NCBI GenBank assembly: GCA_009784275.1
Contig: WRCA01000004.1
Span: 5,748-69,747, forward strand
Source: Alphaproteobacteria bacterium
GTDB lineage: Bacteria; Pseudomonadota; Alphaproteobacteria; Rs-D84
Reading direction: 5' to 3'
DNA: 64,000 nt
Shown here in pieces: positions 1 to 8,968 of this stretch (within the stretch, counting starts at the first letter, position 1; the number at the start of each line of letters is the position of its first letter). Below the pieces are notes generated by a model that made no database searches, was not told the DNA's origin, and saw nothing but the letters and a program-made list of their open reading frames with translations. Both the position numbers and the translations under genes were made by a program.

Positions 1-879
1 GGAATGCGTGGACGCTTTTTACCATCTGGGTATGCCGAATGGTCTTTGCCTTTTATAAAACCGGGCACAAACTGGACGCATGTTATAGAGCCAAAAGTGA
101 GATTTACTGTTCAACGGCATTTGGAAAATCCCGCGTTTGTTAATAATGATTCTGCTGGATCTTTGTTGTCTGATGTTATGCTGTTTTCCGATGACAGACT
201 GGCGGGTTATGATCTTTGGGCTAATGGCCACTATGCGGATTACGGGGCCAGTTGGCGGGCTTTTTCACATGATGGTTGGTCAAGCGAGGTTTTCTTGGGA
301 CAATCGTATGATTTTTTTGCACCGACTAATCTGGATCCAAATTCGGGATTTCATTATGGCGCATCAGACTATGTTGGGCGCATAGGGCTTTATTCAAACG
401 ACTGGTTAAGCATACTAAATAGATTTCGATTTGATAATGAGGAACTGGAACTGCGGCATCTGGAGTCTACAGTTCGTTTTGGGGCCAAGGACTATGCCGA
501 AGCCGGGTATATCCGTGCCACTCAATTGACAGATACGCTTGCGCAGAACAGGGTTATAAATGAAGCCGTGCTGGGTGGTGGTATGAGTCTAACAGAGCGG
601 CTTTCCGTCCGCGCGCGCGTCATATATAACATCACAGATCACAACTTGCAGCAGCAAAACATAGGCTTGTATTACGACCATCCGTGCTATACAATATCGC
701 TTAGCTATTACAAAGACGGGGCAATACGCATTTATCAAAATGGAGAAAACTATTACGGTGCCTCGCGCTTTGGGTTCCAGTTCGCATTAAAACTGACAGA
801 AGGCAATTTAACACAGGATCGTGATGCGCAGTATTTCTCTCGATATGAAACAGGAGAGGCTTATTTAAAGCAAAGGTAA
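1..879 (+). CDS. lptD: LPS-assembly protein LptD, C-terminal part (5'-truncated by window edge)
   Basis: ORF 4..879 continues from the window edge. C-terminal beta-barrel-like composition (YxF/YYD motifs). Conserved synteny with the downstream surA-like gene. Confidence 0.6.
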   Translation, partial: GMRGRFLPSGYAEWSLPFIKPGTNWTHVIEPKVRFTVQRHLENPAFVNNDSAGSLLSDVMLFSDDRLAGYDLWANGHYADYGASWRAFSHDGWSSEVFLGQSYDFFAPTNLDPNSGFHYGASDYVGRIGLYSNDWLSILNRFRFDNEELELRHLESTVRFGAKDYAEAGYIRATQLTDTLAQNRVINEAVLGGGMSLTERLSVRARVIYNITDHNLQQQNIGLYYDHPCYTISLSYYKDGAIRIYQNGENYYGASRFGFQFALKLTEGNLTQDRDAQYFSRYETGEAYLKQR

Positions 880-892
880 AAAGGAATAAGAT

Positions 893-1750
893 ATGTCAAA
901 AATAAAAAAGATTTTTAATAAATTTATATTTATTTATGCCTTATGTCTTGCTCCTTGCATTTTAAATGCAGCAACTGTTGTCGCAACGGTAAACGGCGTA
1001 CCGATAACGGACACCGATATAACAGCACGGACGAAGCTGATGGCGGCACAGGGACAAAATTATACAGATAATCGCAAGCGCGCGCTGAATAATATCATAG
1101 ACGATAACGTGAAGTTAAAATATGCAGAGAACTTTAAAGTCACGCCATCAGATGATGACGTTAAAAAAGAAATAAAAGCTATGTCGGAACGCGGACTGAA
1201 TTTATCCGCATTGTCGGCGACCGAGATGGAGATGGCAAAATATGCGGTTCGTGCTAATATTGCGTGGCAGATTATTATCGCCAGAACTATTGTCCCAACT
1301 ATTTCTGTTTCCAAGGAAGAAATCGCAACGGAAATCGCGGATCTAGAACGTGAACAGGGTTTGCCTGTAGAGGTAACCTTTATACGCCTTGTAAATATCC
1401 CTGAATCAGTTGCTAAAAATTTAACAACGCCAAAAGATTGTGATGCTGCTGTTAAAATGGCTGAAAAACTGGGCGGCGCGCCACAGAAATTGACTGCCCC
1501 GCAGTATGAATTAAGCAGTGATATTCGTGCACGTATGGCAGGATTATCAGAATTAAAATGGTCATCGCGCATAGATGGCACAGTCTTGCTGGTATGCAAG
1601 AAAAAGAAAATGAAAGAATTTGAAAAATTGGATGAAATTATCGAACAAAACGCTGTTTTCAAAAAGGCGATGTTCGCCGGGGATCAACAGCTAAAGCAAC
1701 TTCGCCGCAAAGCCGTGATAGTTATAAATGACAAAAGATATTCTCTTTAA
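893..1750 (+). CDS. surA: SurA N-terminal-domain periplasmic chaperone (short, lacks PPIase domains)
   Basis: Signal peptide. SurA N-domain-like sequence (VNGxPITxxD...R). Sits directly downstream of lptD, as in the lptD-surA synteny. Confidence 0.55.
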   Translation: MSKIKKIFNKFIFIYALCLAPCILNAATVVATVNGVPITDTDITARTKLMAAQGQNYTDNRKRALNNIIDDNVKLKYAENFKVTPSDDDVKKEIKAMSERGLNLSALSATEMEMAKYAVRANIAWQIIIARTIVPTISVSKEEIATEIADLEREQGLPVEVTFIRLVNIPESVAKNLTTPKDCDAAVKMAEKLGGAPQKLTAPQYELSSDIRARMAGLSELKWSSRIDGTVLLVCKKKKMKEFEKLDEIIEQNAVFKKAMFAGDQQLKQLRRKAVIVINDKRYSL

Positions 1751-2789
1751 TTTTACAGATGTCCAGCTGGCGCAATACCTGGAAAAAATGGGCCAGCCGA
1801 AATTTCGCGCAAAGCAAGTTTCTGAATGGCTTAAACGCGGCGCTCCTAATTTTCAAGTTATGAAAAATCTGCCGGAATCCTTGCGAAAACAGCTTGATGA
1901 AACTGCAACCACCCTGCCCTGTGAAATTGTTCAAAAATTGGAGTCTTCTGACGGACAAACAACAAAATTTCTGTTGAAATTAAACGATAATGAAGTAATT
2001 GAAACCGTTCTGATGCGTACTACATACGGAAATTCGGTATGTGTGTCCAGTCAAGCGGGATGTGCGATGGGCTGTAAATTCTGCGCAAGCACCCTGCTGG
2101 GACTAAAGCGCAATTTAACCGCGAATGAGATGTTTGCACAGGTTTTAACTGCGCAGTGGGCTTTGCGCGGCGGCTCTGATATGAAACCCAATGGTGATTT
2201 TAATAATAATGATGTGTCGCATATTGTTGTTATGGGCACGGGCGAACCATTACAAAACACCGAAAATTTAAAAGGCTTTTTAGAGCGCGCAAATCACGAC
2301 TTAAATATATCATGGCGACGAATAACGGTGTCTACCTGTGGTATTATTCCAGGCATTATTGAACTTACCGAATGGGGACGCCCGATTAACCTTGCTATTT
2401 CGCTGCATGCCGCGTTGGACCCTATGCGCAGCGATTTGATGCCTATAAATAATCGCTATAAAATTAATGAAGTTTTGGATGCCGCATTTGCATTTTCAAA
2501 CAAAACTGGTCGGCAATTAATGATTGAATATATTTTACTGGGCGGAATAAATGATTCAATCAAATGTGCAGAGGATTTATCTGCCCTGCTTTGTGGTAAA
2601 AATTGCATGGTGAATTTAATTCCTTGGAATGCGGTTGCAGAACGTAATTTAATCGCGCCCAGCGGAAACGCTATTCACAGATTTCAAGATATTCTGATAA
2701 AAAATGGGATTCATGTCAGAATAAGGCGAGAACGAGGTGCAGATATAGGCAGCGCATGTGGACAATTGCGTATTAAAAATAGCGCATAA
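1728..2789 (+). CDS. rlmN: 23S rRNA/tRNA m2A methyltransferase RlmN (radical SAM)
   Basis: N-terminal FRAKQ motif. CxxxCxxC radical-SAM motif (CAMGCKFCAS). Conserved C-terminal Cys. ATG at 1728 overlaps the surA stop by 23 nt. Confidence 0.85.
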   Translation: MTKDILFNFTDVQLAQYLEKMGQPKFRAKQVSEWLKRGAPNFQVMKNLPESLRKQLDETATTLPCEIVQKLESSDGQTTKFLLKLNDNEVIETVLMRTTYGNSVCVSSQAGCAMGCKFCASTLLGLKRNLTANEMFAQVLTAQWALRGGSDMKPNGDFNNNDVSHIVVMGTGEPLQNTENLKGFLERANHDLNISWRRITVSTCGIIPGIIELTEWGRPINLAISLHAALDPMRSDLMPINNRYKINEVLDAAFAFSNKTGRQLMIEYILLGGINDSIKCAEDLSALLCGKNCMVNLIPWNAVAERNLIAPSGNAIHRFQDILIKNGIHVRIRRERGADIGSACGQLRIKNSA

Positions 2790-2805
2790 TCTGTAAGTTA
2801 GTCAT

Positions 2806-2821
2806 TATTTCGCGTGAAATA
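2806..2821. promoter_or_regulatory. parS-like 16-bp near-palindrome TATTTCGCGTGAAATA upstream of parA
   Basis: Matches 13 of 16 positions of the TGTTTCACGTGAAACA parS consensus. Lies 60 nt upstream of the parA start. Confidence 0.35.
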
Positions 2822-2831
2822 ATTTTCGTCT

Positions 2832-2858
2832 TGCCCGAATCGTCAGATTCGGGTATTT
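2832..2858 (+). terminator. rho-independent terminator after rlmN
   Basis: Hairpin cccgaatcgtcagattcggg followed by TATTTTT. Confidence 0.6.
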
Positions 2859-2881
2859 TTGCCGGTACGAAGGAAAAATAA

Positions 2882-3667
2882 ATGGCAAAAATAATCGCTT
2901 TTGCAAATCAGAAAGGTGGTGTTGGTAAAACAACCACCGCAATTAACATAGGTGCCAGTCTGGCGGCAATAAAACGTCGCGTTTTACTAGTTGATTTGGA
3001 CCCGCAAGGAAACGCGGGCACAGGCCTTGGGTTTGTTCGCGCATCGCATGCCCAGTCAGTTTATGGTGTGATTATGGGTACGGACAATGTATCGGAAAAT
3101 ATACTCTCGACTGCAATTCCAAATATGCATATTTTACCATCTAGCCCTCAACTGTCCAGTGCAGAGGTAGAGCTTCTTGATATGGAAAACCGCGAATATC
3201 GTTTGCGTGATGCGATTTCTAGAATATCCGATCATTATGATTATATATTGCTGGACTGTCCCCCTGCCCTGGGATTCCTGACTTTGAATGCATTGACTAC
3301 AGCGGACTCGCTTATTGTGCCATTGCAGTGCGAGTTCTTCGCACTGGAAGGAATTCAAGCCTTGATGGGCGCAACAGCAGAGATAAGAAAAAAATGGAAC
3401 ACGAATCTTGAGACTATGGGCATAGTCTTAACCATGTATGATAAAAGATATGGTTTAACGCGTGCGGTCGAAGCGGACGTTCGCGGCACATTTGGGGATA
3501 AAGTCTTTCAAACAGTGATTCCGCGAAATGTCCGGGTTTCCGAAGCCCCCAGCCATGGCAAGCCGGCGCTGTTTTATGATTTTCAGTCAGCCGGCGCCCA
3601 AGCATATTTAAGACTGGCCACAGAAATAGTAAACGCATGCGGTGATAAAGGAGATGCAAATGTCTAA
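2882..3667 (+). CDS. parA: Chromosome partitioning ATPase ParA
   Basis: Deviant Walker A motif KGGVGKTT. Length 261 aa. Followed by parB. Confidence 0.9.
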   Translation: MAKIIAFANQKGGVGKTTTAINIGASLAAIKRRVLLVDLDPQGNAGTGLGFVRASHAQSVYGVIMGTDNVSENILSTAIPNMHILPSSPQLSSAEVELLDMENREYRLRDAISRISDHYDYILLDCPPALGFLTLNALTTADSLIVPLQCEFFALEGIQALMGATAEIRKKWNTNLETMGIVLTMYDKRYGLTRAVEADVRGTFGDKVFQTVIPRNVRVSEAPSHGKPALFYDFQSAGAQAYLRLATEIVNACGDKGDANV

Positions 3668-4532
3668 ATTTGGATTGGGGCGCGGTCTTGCGGATTTAAA
3701 GGCAGAAATGGGCACAATGCCGGAAATTTCCGTGCTGGCTGGTGGCGAGCGCGTAGTAGTGCGGCATATCCCGATTGTTCAGATTGCACCGAATCCAGAT
3801 CAGCCACGCAAAGCGTTTGCAAAGCAAGAACTGGAAGAGCTCGCTAATTCAATACGCGAAAAGGGCGTCTTGCAGCCAATCCTGGTGCGAAATGTAGCGG
3901 GCAGGGCAAATCAGTATGAAATTATTGCGGGCGAGCGTCGCTGGCGCGCCAGTCAAATCGCGGGTTTGGCGGAAATCCCAGCGCTGGTAAAGAGCCTTAC
4001 GAATGAAAATGCGATGGAAATTGCGTTGATAGAAAATGTGCAGCGCGAAAATCTGAACGCAATCGAAGAATCTGCGGCTTATGAAAACTTGATGACCAAA
4101 TGCAGTTATGAAATAGAAGATGTGGCAAAGCTGATTGGAAAGTCAGTCAGTTATCTGCGGAATATCTTGCGTTTATCGGGATTGCCGGAATCTGTAAAGC
4201 AGATGGTGATAGATGGGCGGCTTTCTGCGACGCATGCCAGGACTTTAGCGGTGGCGGAAAATCCAGAAGCCTTGGCAAAGAAGATAATTGCGGGAAACAT
4301 GTCGGTTAAAGATACCGAAGATCTGGTAAAAAATGCAAAAAGAAGCGAAAAAAGCCGGTCTTTTTCGCAAAAACCGCAAAATATGGCGGAAATCCGGGAT
4401 TTAGAGAAAAAAATCAAGAAAAATACCGGCTTTTTAGCTAAAATCAAGGTAAAAAGAAATGGGGCAGGGCATCTGGCGCTTTATTTTGAAAGCCGCGCGG
4501 GACTAGAAAAACTGATAGAGAGAATAAAATGA
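3660..4532 (+). CDS. parB: Chromosome partitioning protein ParB
   Basis: GLGRGL N-terminus. ParB box IIAGERRWRA. HTH region. The ATG at 3660 has an AGGAG 6 nt upstream (the longer ORF starts at 3642). Confidence 0.85.
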   Translation: MSKFGLGRGLADLKAEMGTMPEISVLAGGERVVVRHIPIVQIAPNPDQPRKAFAKQELEELANSIREKGVLQPILVRNVAGRANQYEIIAGERRWRASQIAGLAEIPALVKSLTNENAMEIALIENVQRENLNAIEESAAYENLMTKCSYEIEDVAKLIGKSVSYLRNILRLSGLPESVKQMVIDGRLSATHARTLAVAENPEALAKKIIAGNMSVKDTEDLVKNAKRSEKSRSFSQKPQNMAEIRDLEKKIKKNTGFLAKIKVKRNGAGHLALYFESRAGLEKLIERIK

Positions 4533-5428
4533 AGAAAACAGTCGGAATAATCGGGGCAGGCGCATGGGGAACTGCTTTGGCGGTGGTTGCGGCGCGCGGC
4601 GGAAATCCGGTCCTTTTATGGTGTTCGGATGAGAAAAAGCCAAAAGAAATTAATCAAAGACATTGGAATCCTTCTTTGAATGGAGTTTCTATTTCGCGTG
4701 AAATAATTGCGACCAGTGATATGGCGGATTTGAAGCGGGCGGATATCTGGCTGATTGCAACGCCGACAGAGTTTTTTAGCAAAACTGTTCAAAAAAGCCG
4801 GCCTTTTTGGCAAAAACAGCCTATAATTATTTGCTCCAAGGGTATAGAGCCACAGACGGGAAGATTCTTGTCGGATGTAGTTGCAGATATTATACCGGGG
4901 GCAGGGCGAATGATTGGGGTTTTATCCGGGCCACAGTTTGCGGCAGAGGTTGCGGCTGGGAAGCCTACGGGGTCTACGGTTGCGGGGTCGCGGAAAGTCT
5001 TTGATTCCGCGCGTTGCGCGCTGCCGAGTTTTATTTTGGAAGAATCGAATGATGTTTATGGGGTTCAAATTTGTGGCGCGGGAAAGAACGTTGTTGCGAT
5101 GCTGATGGGATACTTGGATGCCCAGGGCGCGGGTGAGAATGAACGGGCCCTGAAATTGACACTGGCGTGGCAGGAGATTATATCATTTTCCCGGCTTTTT
5201 CGTGCAAAAATGGATACTTTTGGAAAGCTGTGCGGAATAGGGGACTTGTTCTTGTCGGCGACCAGTAAAACCAGTCGAAATTATTCTGCGGGTGTGGCCA
5301 TGGCCACGGGTAAAAAAGTTACCGGAACGGTAGAAGGAATAGCCGCATTGAAATGGATAATATCGACCGCGAAGAAAAATAAATTGCACTTGCCGGTGTT
5401 GGAAAAAGTCTCGAAAGTTTTTAATTAA
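4529..5428 (+). CDS. gpsA: NAD(P)H-dependent glycerol-3-phosphate dehydrogenase
   Basis: N-terminal Rossmann GAGAWGTALA. Length 299 aa. ATGA overlap with parB. Confidence 0.8.
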   Translation: MKKTVGIIGAGAWGTALAVVAARGGNPVLLWCSDEKKPKEINQRHWNPSLNGVSISREIIATSDMADLKRADIWLIATPTEFFSKTVQKSRPFWQKQPIIICSKGIEPQTGRFLSDVVADIIPGAGRMIGVLSGPQFAAEVAAGKPTGSTVAGSRKVFDSARCALPSFILEESNDVYGVQICGAGKNVVAMLMGYLDAQGAGENERALKLTLAWQEIISFSRLFRAKMDTFGKLCGIGDLFLSATSKTSRNYSAGVAMATGKKVTGTVEGIAALKWIISTAKKNKLHLPVLEKVSKVFN

Positions 5429-5439
5429 GTTTGCCATGA

Positions 5440-5457
5440 CCCCCTCTAAAGAGGGGG
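5440..5457. repeat. Palindromic hairpin repeat (CCCCCTCT-AA-AGAGGGGG). Member of a local hairpin family and a likely gpsA terminator.
   Basis: Perfect 8-bp stem seen in the sequence. Related copies at 8454, 8592, 8733 and 56097. Confidence 0.5.
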
Positions 5458-5699
5458 ACAAATCTTATTTTATACTACTAAACGATAAAGCGAATTATTG
5501 GTTAATGACAACCATTTATAGAATAATGTTGGGCGTATGATAGATAGGTAATTATTAAATCATTTAATAATTATAAACAACTATTTATAGAATTACACCA
5601 GGCTTTCTAAAATATATAGAATACAACTATAAAGAGCAAATCATTGTTAATTCTCTCATCGAGCGAAAATAGGCAGGAAATTCTGCGGCAGATACAGAA

Positions 5700-7667
5700 T
5701 TACGGATTAGGATTGCTAGTCAAATACAGGGGTAATCCTGCAGGTGGTATTTTTAAAGGACTTGAATCAAACCTGTAACAAACATTCCTGCTATCACAAA
5801 TCATGCTCCCATCCACCAGAGCGCAATCAGTATAGCTAGAGCAATCTGTGACATTATTAGGAGTATTCGAGCAAGAACTCCCAGCTTTGTAAACTGTTGT
5901 TGTGGCGGCAGGACATGGGTACTTCTTACAATTAGAGCACCAATGTCCAGGGGGACATGATGTCGGATTAGGATGTGTATCATCCATGTATTTCCCGAGG
6001 CCACACGGAATCCAAACCGCATAAAGGGTTGTATTCCCGGTAGGACTGTTGAAAGAAGTTGAAGTATATGGTATAAGCCCGACTCCAGTAGTTCCTGTAG
6101 TTGTAGTTGTGCCCCAATTTGCTAAATCCAATGCAAAATTTGTAAGCGCCATTACTGGTGTTGTTATAGTTTGTATCTGTCGTAATTGGGGGCAGGCAGA
6201 GTTTTTAGTGCATGTTGTACGTATTGAAGTAGATATCGCTGGAGTACCACCATTAGCGTCATAAGAAACATTATATTGCCATCTCGGACGATAAGTATTG
6301 GCAGCATCGACACTATCGCATGCTACTTCGCCTGGTGTTGCTGGGATAGTCGGTGTTCCAGTACCGTCATTATTTGGATACCATGTATTATCACCATTAT
6401 TAGAGAAATTAGTATAAGTAATAGCAGAAATGGATGGCCCCGAAATCTTTCCTTTATGGAAACAAGGTTTCGTTGATGGAAATGGTGTTGCTACATTATT
6501 GTCGAAATTTATAGTTTTCCCCCATTTAGCAAAAAGTAAGGTTACACTAGATCCAGAAGGAAAAGTGTTGCCATTAACGTAATCAATTCCAGTACCATCG
6601 TCTTTTGTATTCCAGCCAATAAAACTATACCCGTTTGGCGCTGTTACTGATGCCGATGCTGGCAGATCATTACATGGAGTAAGGCCGTCAAAATAACATT
6701 GTATAGTTTGTGTAGTGTTGTTTGTGTCATTCCAATTCAATGTAATGGTAGTCTGTGCAGGTAGCCAAGTTGCATAAAGAGTTAAATTAGTACCACCTTG
6801 CGCAAGGGTATGTGCATTTGCACCAGCAGCAAAACAGGGGGTTGCGCCCGCTGCTGATGAACACCATTGATTGAAAGAATAAGTTGTTTTTGAAAATGTA
6901 TTTGCCGCTAAAGTGCAGCTTCCATTATAAGTGCAAGAGTGGGAAGTTGGAGCTGTACCACTCGTATTAGTATTTCCATTGTAAGTTATTGTTATTTGGT
7001 TGGCAGTACAGGTATTGGCCATAGCATTCAAAGTATATCCATTATTACAAGTAGCTATTCGACAAGTAAGGATAGTATTTCCAGAATTCCAAGAGTTTGC
7101 ATTGTAAGTTGTGGCATTTGGTTCAGCGCATGGCGTAGAGCAAGAAGTACTTCCAGTCCCTGAATTTTTCATGTTACTATTGCAAAGACTGCATGTTGTT
7201 GTAGAAATAGGATTTGAGCTGGAGTTAAAAGAACCTTCTGGACACAGGGAACAACTGTTTGAACCATTATAGTAACGACCAGCCGGACAAGTACAACTTG
7301 TTGGGGCAGCTTGACCTCCAGCGCAGCTACAAGTTCCATTAGTTATATAACTTGAGCATGCAGTACATGTATCGCCACCCGTATTATGCCCTGTCCCACT
7401 ACTACTCTGTGTGCGATAGAAATTGGGATTACAAGCGCAGTTATTGCCGTCAAAAAAGGCATTAGTAACGCAAGCAGTGTGACAGCAGCTATTTGTAAAA
7501 TCTAAAAAAGAGTTCGAACAAACCAAGTTTCCTGACGGTGTATTTGAACACATAGGAGGGCTCATCCCTCCGCAACTTGAATGACTAGCACTAAGACAAA
7601 CAGCAATTGCGTCAAAGGATATAAATAAAGATATAAAAAGAAAAAATGTATTTCGATATAAATGCAT
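5700..7667 (-). CDS. Secreted Cys/Thr/Asn/Gly-rich protein with eukaryote-like GCC2/GCC3-type CxxCPxG modules and Listeria-Bacteroides-type repeats (putative adhesin or effector)
   Basis: N-terminal signal peptide. About 60 Cys residues. Motifs such as CTCPAGRYYNGSNSCSLCPEGSF. Repeated modules GYxFxGW...LYAxW (for example GYSFIGWNTKDDG...LLFAKW and TLYAVWIP). Confidence 0.6.
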   Translation of the reverse strand: MHLYRNTFFLFISLFISFDAIAVCLSASHSSCGGMSPPMCSNTPSGNLVCSNSFLDFTNSCCHTACVTNAFFDGNNCACNPNFYRTQSSSGTGHNTGGDTCTACSSYITNGTCSCAGGQAAPTSCTCPAGRYYNGSNSCSLCPEGSFNSSSNPISTTTCSLCNSNMKNSGTGSTSCSTPCAEPNATTYNANSWNSGNTILTCRIATCNNGYTLNAMANTCTANQITITYNGNTNTSGTAPTSHSCTYNGSCTLAANTFSKTTYSFNQWCSSAAGATPCFAAGANAHTLAQGGTNLTLYATWLPAQTTITLNWNDTNNTTQTIQCYFDGLTPCNDLPASASVTAPNGYSFIGWNTKDDGTGIDYVNGNTFPSGSSVTLLFAKWGKTINFDNNVATPFPSTKPCFHKGKISGPSISAITYTNFSNNGDNTWYPNNDGTGTPTIPATPGEVACDSVDAANTYRPRWQYNVSYDANGGTPAISTSIRTTCTKNSACPQLRQIQTITTPVMALTNFALDLANWGTTTTTGTTGVGLIPYTSTSFNSPTGNTTLYAVWIPCGLGKYMDDTHPNPTSCPPGHWCSNCKKYPCPAATTTVYKAGSSCSNTPNNVTDCSSYTDCALVDGSMICDSRNVCYRFDSSPLKIPPAGLPLYLTSNPNP

Positions 7668-7722
7668 AATTTTTTCCTACTTTCAAGGGGCATTCTAAAA
7701 CATAGCTGTAAATAAAATCAAA

Positions 7723-7752
7723 CAAAAAATCCGGCATCTTATTGATGCCGGA
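7723..7752 (-). terminator. rho-independent terminator of the 7780..8295 gene
   Basis: Hairpin atccggcatcaataagatgccggat followed by a T-run on the minus strand. Confidence 0.6.
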
Positions 7753-7779
7753 TAACAAAAGTAAATAATGACATATATA

Positions 7780-8295
7780 TTATTTTGTTGTTTCACATTG
7801 CGTCAGTGCAGACTGTGCATCTGTGACATTTTTACATGCATTGTCGTATTCTATGCACAGATCATACAAATTGCTCAAAGTTTTATTATTTGAAGGCAAC
7901 GGATTTCCAAATTGTTTTCTAAAATCGTCTATAACTAAAACAAAGGTTTTGGTACTATCTTGAAGATTTTTAGGAACAGTGTTTGCTTGGTTATTAAAGT
8001 GGTTAAAATTATTCCAAAACAATGGGCCAACATTATCAGGATTTGTTAATGCTGGTTCAATCGCTGCGCGAACATTATTTCCAACAGACGTTTCTTTTGC
8101 TTGTGCGCCTTTCAAATCTTCTATTTTTGCATCACAAGTTTTTGGCTTCACGCAGGAAATAAACATAATTCCAGCAGCGGTCACCAAAAAGAATCCTTTT
8201 GTAAGGCCTTTACCAAGCTTCGTGTTCGCCAGCCAGTTAACACCCAGCCAGTTTGTTTTTTCAGTTTTATTTTGTCTATTAAACAACTTTCTCAT
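7780..8295 (-). CDS. Hypothetical membrane-anchored (single TM) exported protein, 171 aa, 4 Cys
   Basis: N-terminal TM helix (FFLVTAAGIMFISCV). No recognisable family. Lies inside the repeat-flanked island. Confidence 0.45.
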   Translation of the reverse strand: MRKLFNRQNKTEKTNWLGVNWLANTKLGKGLTKGFFLVTAAGIMFISCVKPKTCDAKIEDLKGAQAKETSVGNNVRAAIEPALTNPDNVGPLFWNNFNHFNNQANTVPKNLQDSTKTFVLVIDDFRKQFGNPLPSNNKTLSNLYDLCIEYDNACKNVTDAQSALTQCETTK

Positions 8296-8453
8296 AGCTC
8301 GCCTCCTTTTATTGGCTTTATTGGTGTAGGGTTAGTGATTCGTTATGATTCGCTTCCTACTTTTTGTTTACATATAAATTATAGTTGATAAAACTCATTT
8401 GTCAAGAAGATTGACAAAAAATATTTTATGGGTTGGTTTTGGGATTCTTCCTG

Positions 8454-8471
8454 TCCCTCTTGTTAAAGAGG
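8454..8471. repeat. Hairpin repeat CCCTCTT-GTTA-AAGAGGG
   Basis: Same hairpin family as 5440 and 8592. Confidence 0.45.
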
Positions 8472-8591
8472 GGAAGGGTTGGCTTGCGAGCTTGGCGAGC
8501 AAAGCAACCCTGGGGAGATTATTGTCTCGCGCATTAAAAGATAATCCCCCAAGAATCTGTAAAGCTCGCCATGTTCGCTAACAGATTCCAT

Positions 8592-8609
8592 CCCCCTTTA
8601 ACAAGGGGG
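8592..8609. repeat. Hairpin repeat CCCCCTT-TAAC-AAGGGGG. A partial second copy TTTTTAACAAGGGGGGCAC lies at 8741-8759.
   Basis: Seen in the sequence. The two copies share TTTAACAAGGGGGG. Confidence 0.45.
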
Positions 8610-8968
8610 GACTAGTCATATTAGGTGAATTAATATAATGTAACAATTATATATAGAATACAGTGTGAGAATATAAGGAATTTATGTTGCTGGACAACCA
8701 TAAAGAGATTTTTGTATTCAAAACAATAATCTCCCCAGTTTTTTAACAAGGGGGGCACTTGATTCCCTTTAATAAAAAATCGCATTAAGGGAATTAATTA
8801 TAATTATCAACTATAGATAGAATATTGTTTTGGGCGGATAGGTTTTTATTCACACAACTTATGGTTGGGTTTTATTAAGTCGTGCAACTATAATTAGATG
8901 ATTTGTTATTTTGTATATAGGCGAATAATTGTATTAACTCAATTATAGTTAGATACGACGATTGAAAA

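Noticed and set aside
1060-1662. 200-aa minus-strand ORF
   Set aside because: Antisense within the surA-like gene. Composition artefact.
3642-3659. Longer ParB start (MIKEMQM...) and metG GTG start at 11529
   Set aside because: Downstream ATGs (3660 and 11538) have better RBS spacing and give canonical N-termini. The longer forms are kept only as alternatives.
8399-8581. 60-aa ORF in the island flank
   Set aside because: It spans the palindromic hairpin repeats (8454-8471) and encodes low-complexity sequence. The region is better explained as non-coding repeat DNA.
8296-8968. Possible CRISPR array or ncRNA in the 670-bp non-coding stretch
   Set aside because: The repeats are hairpin palindromes of varying sequence and irregular spacing, not identical direct repeats separated by unique spacers. 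No cas genes are present in the window. No recognisable SRP, tmRNA or RNase P motifs were seen.
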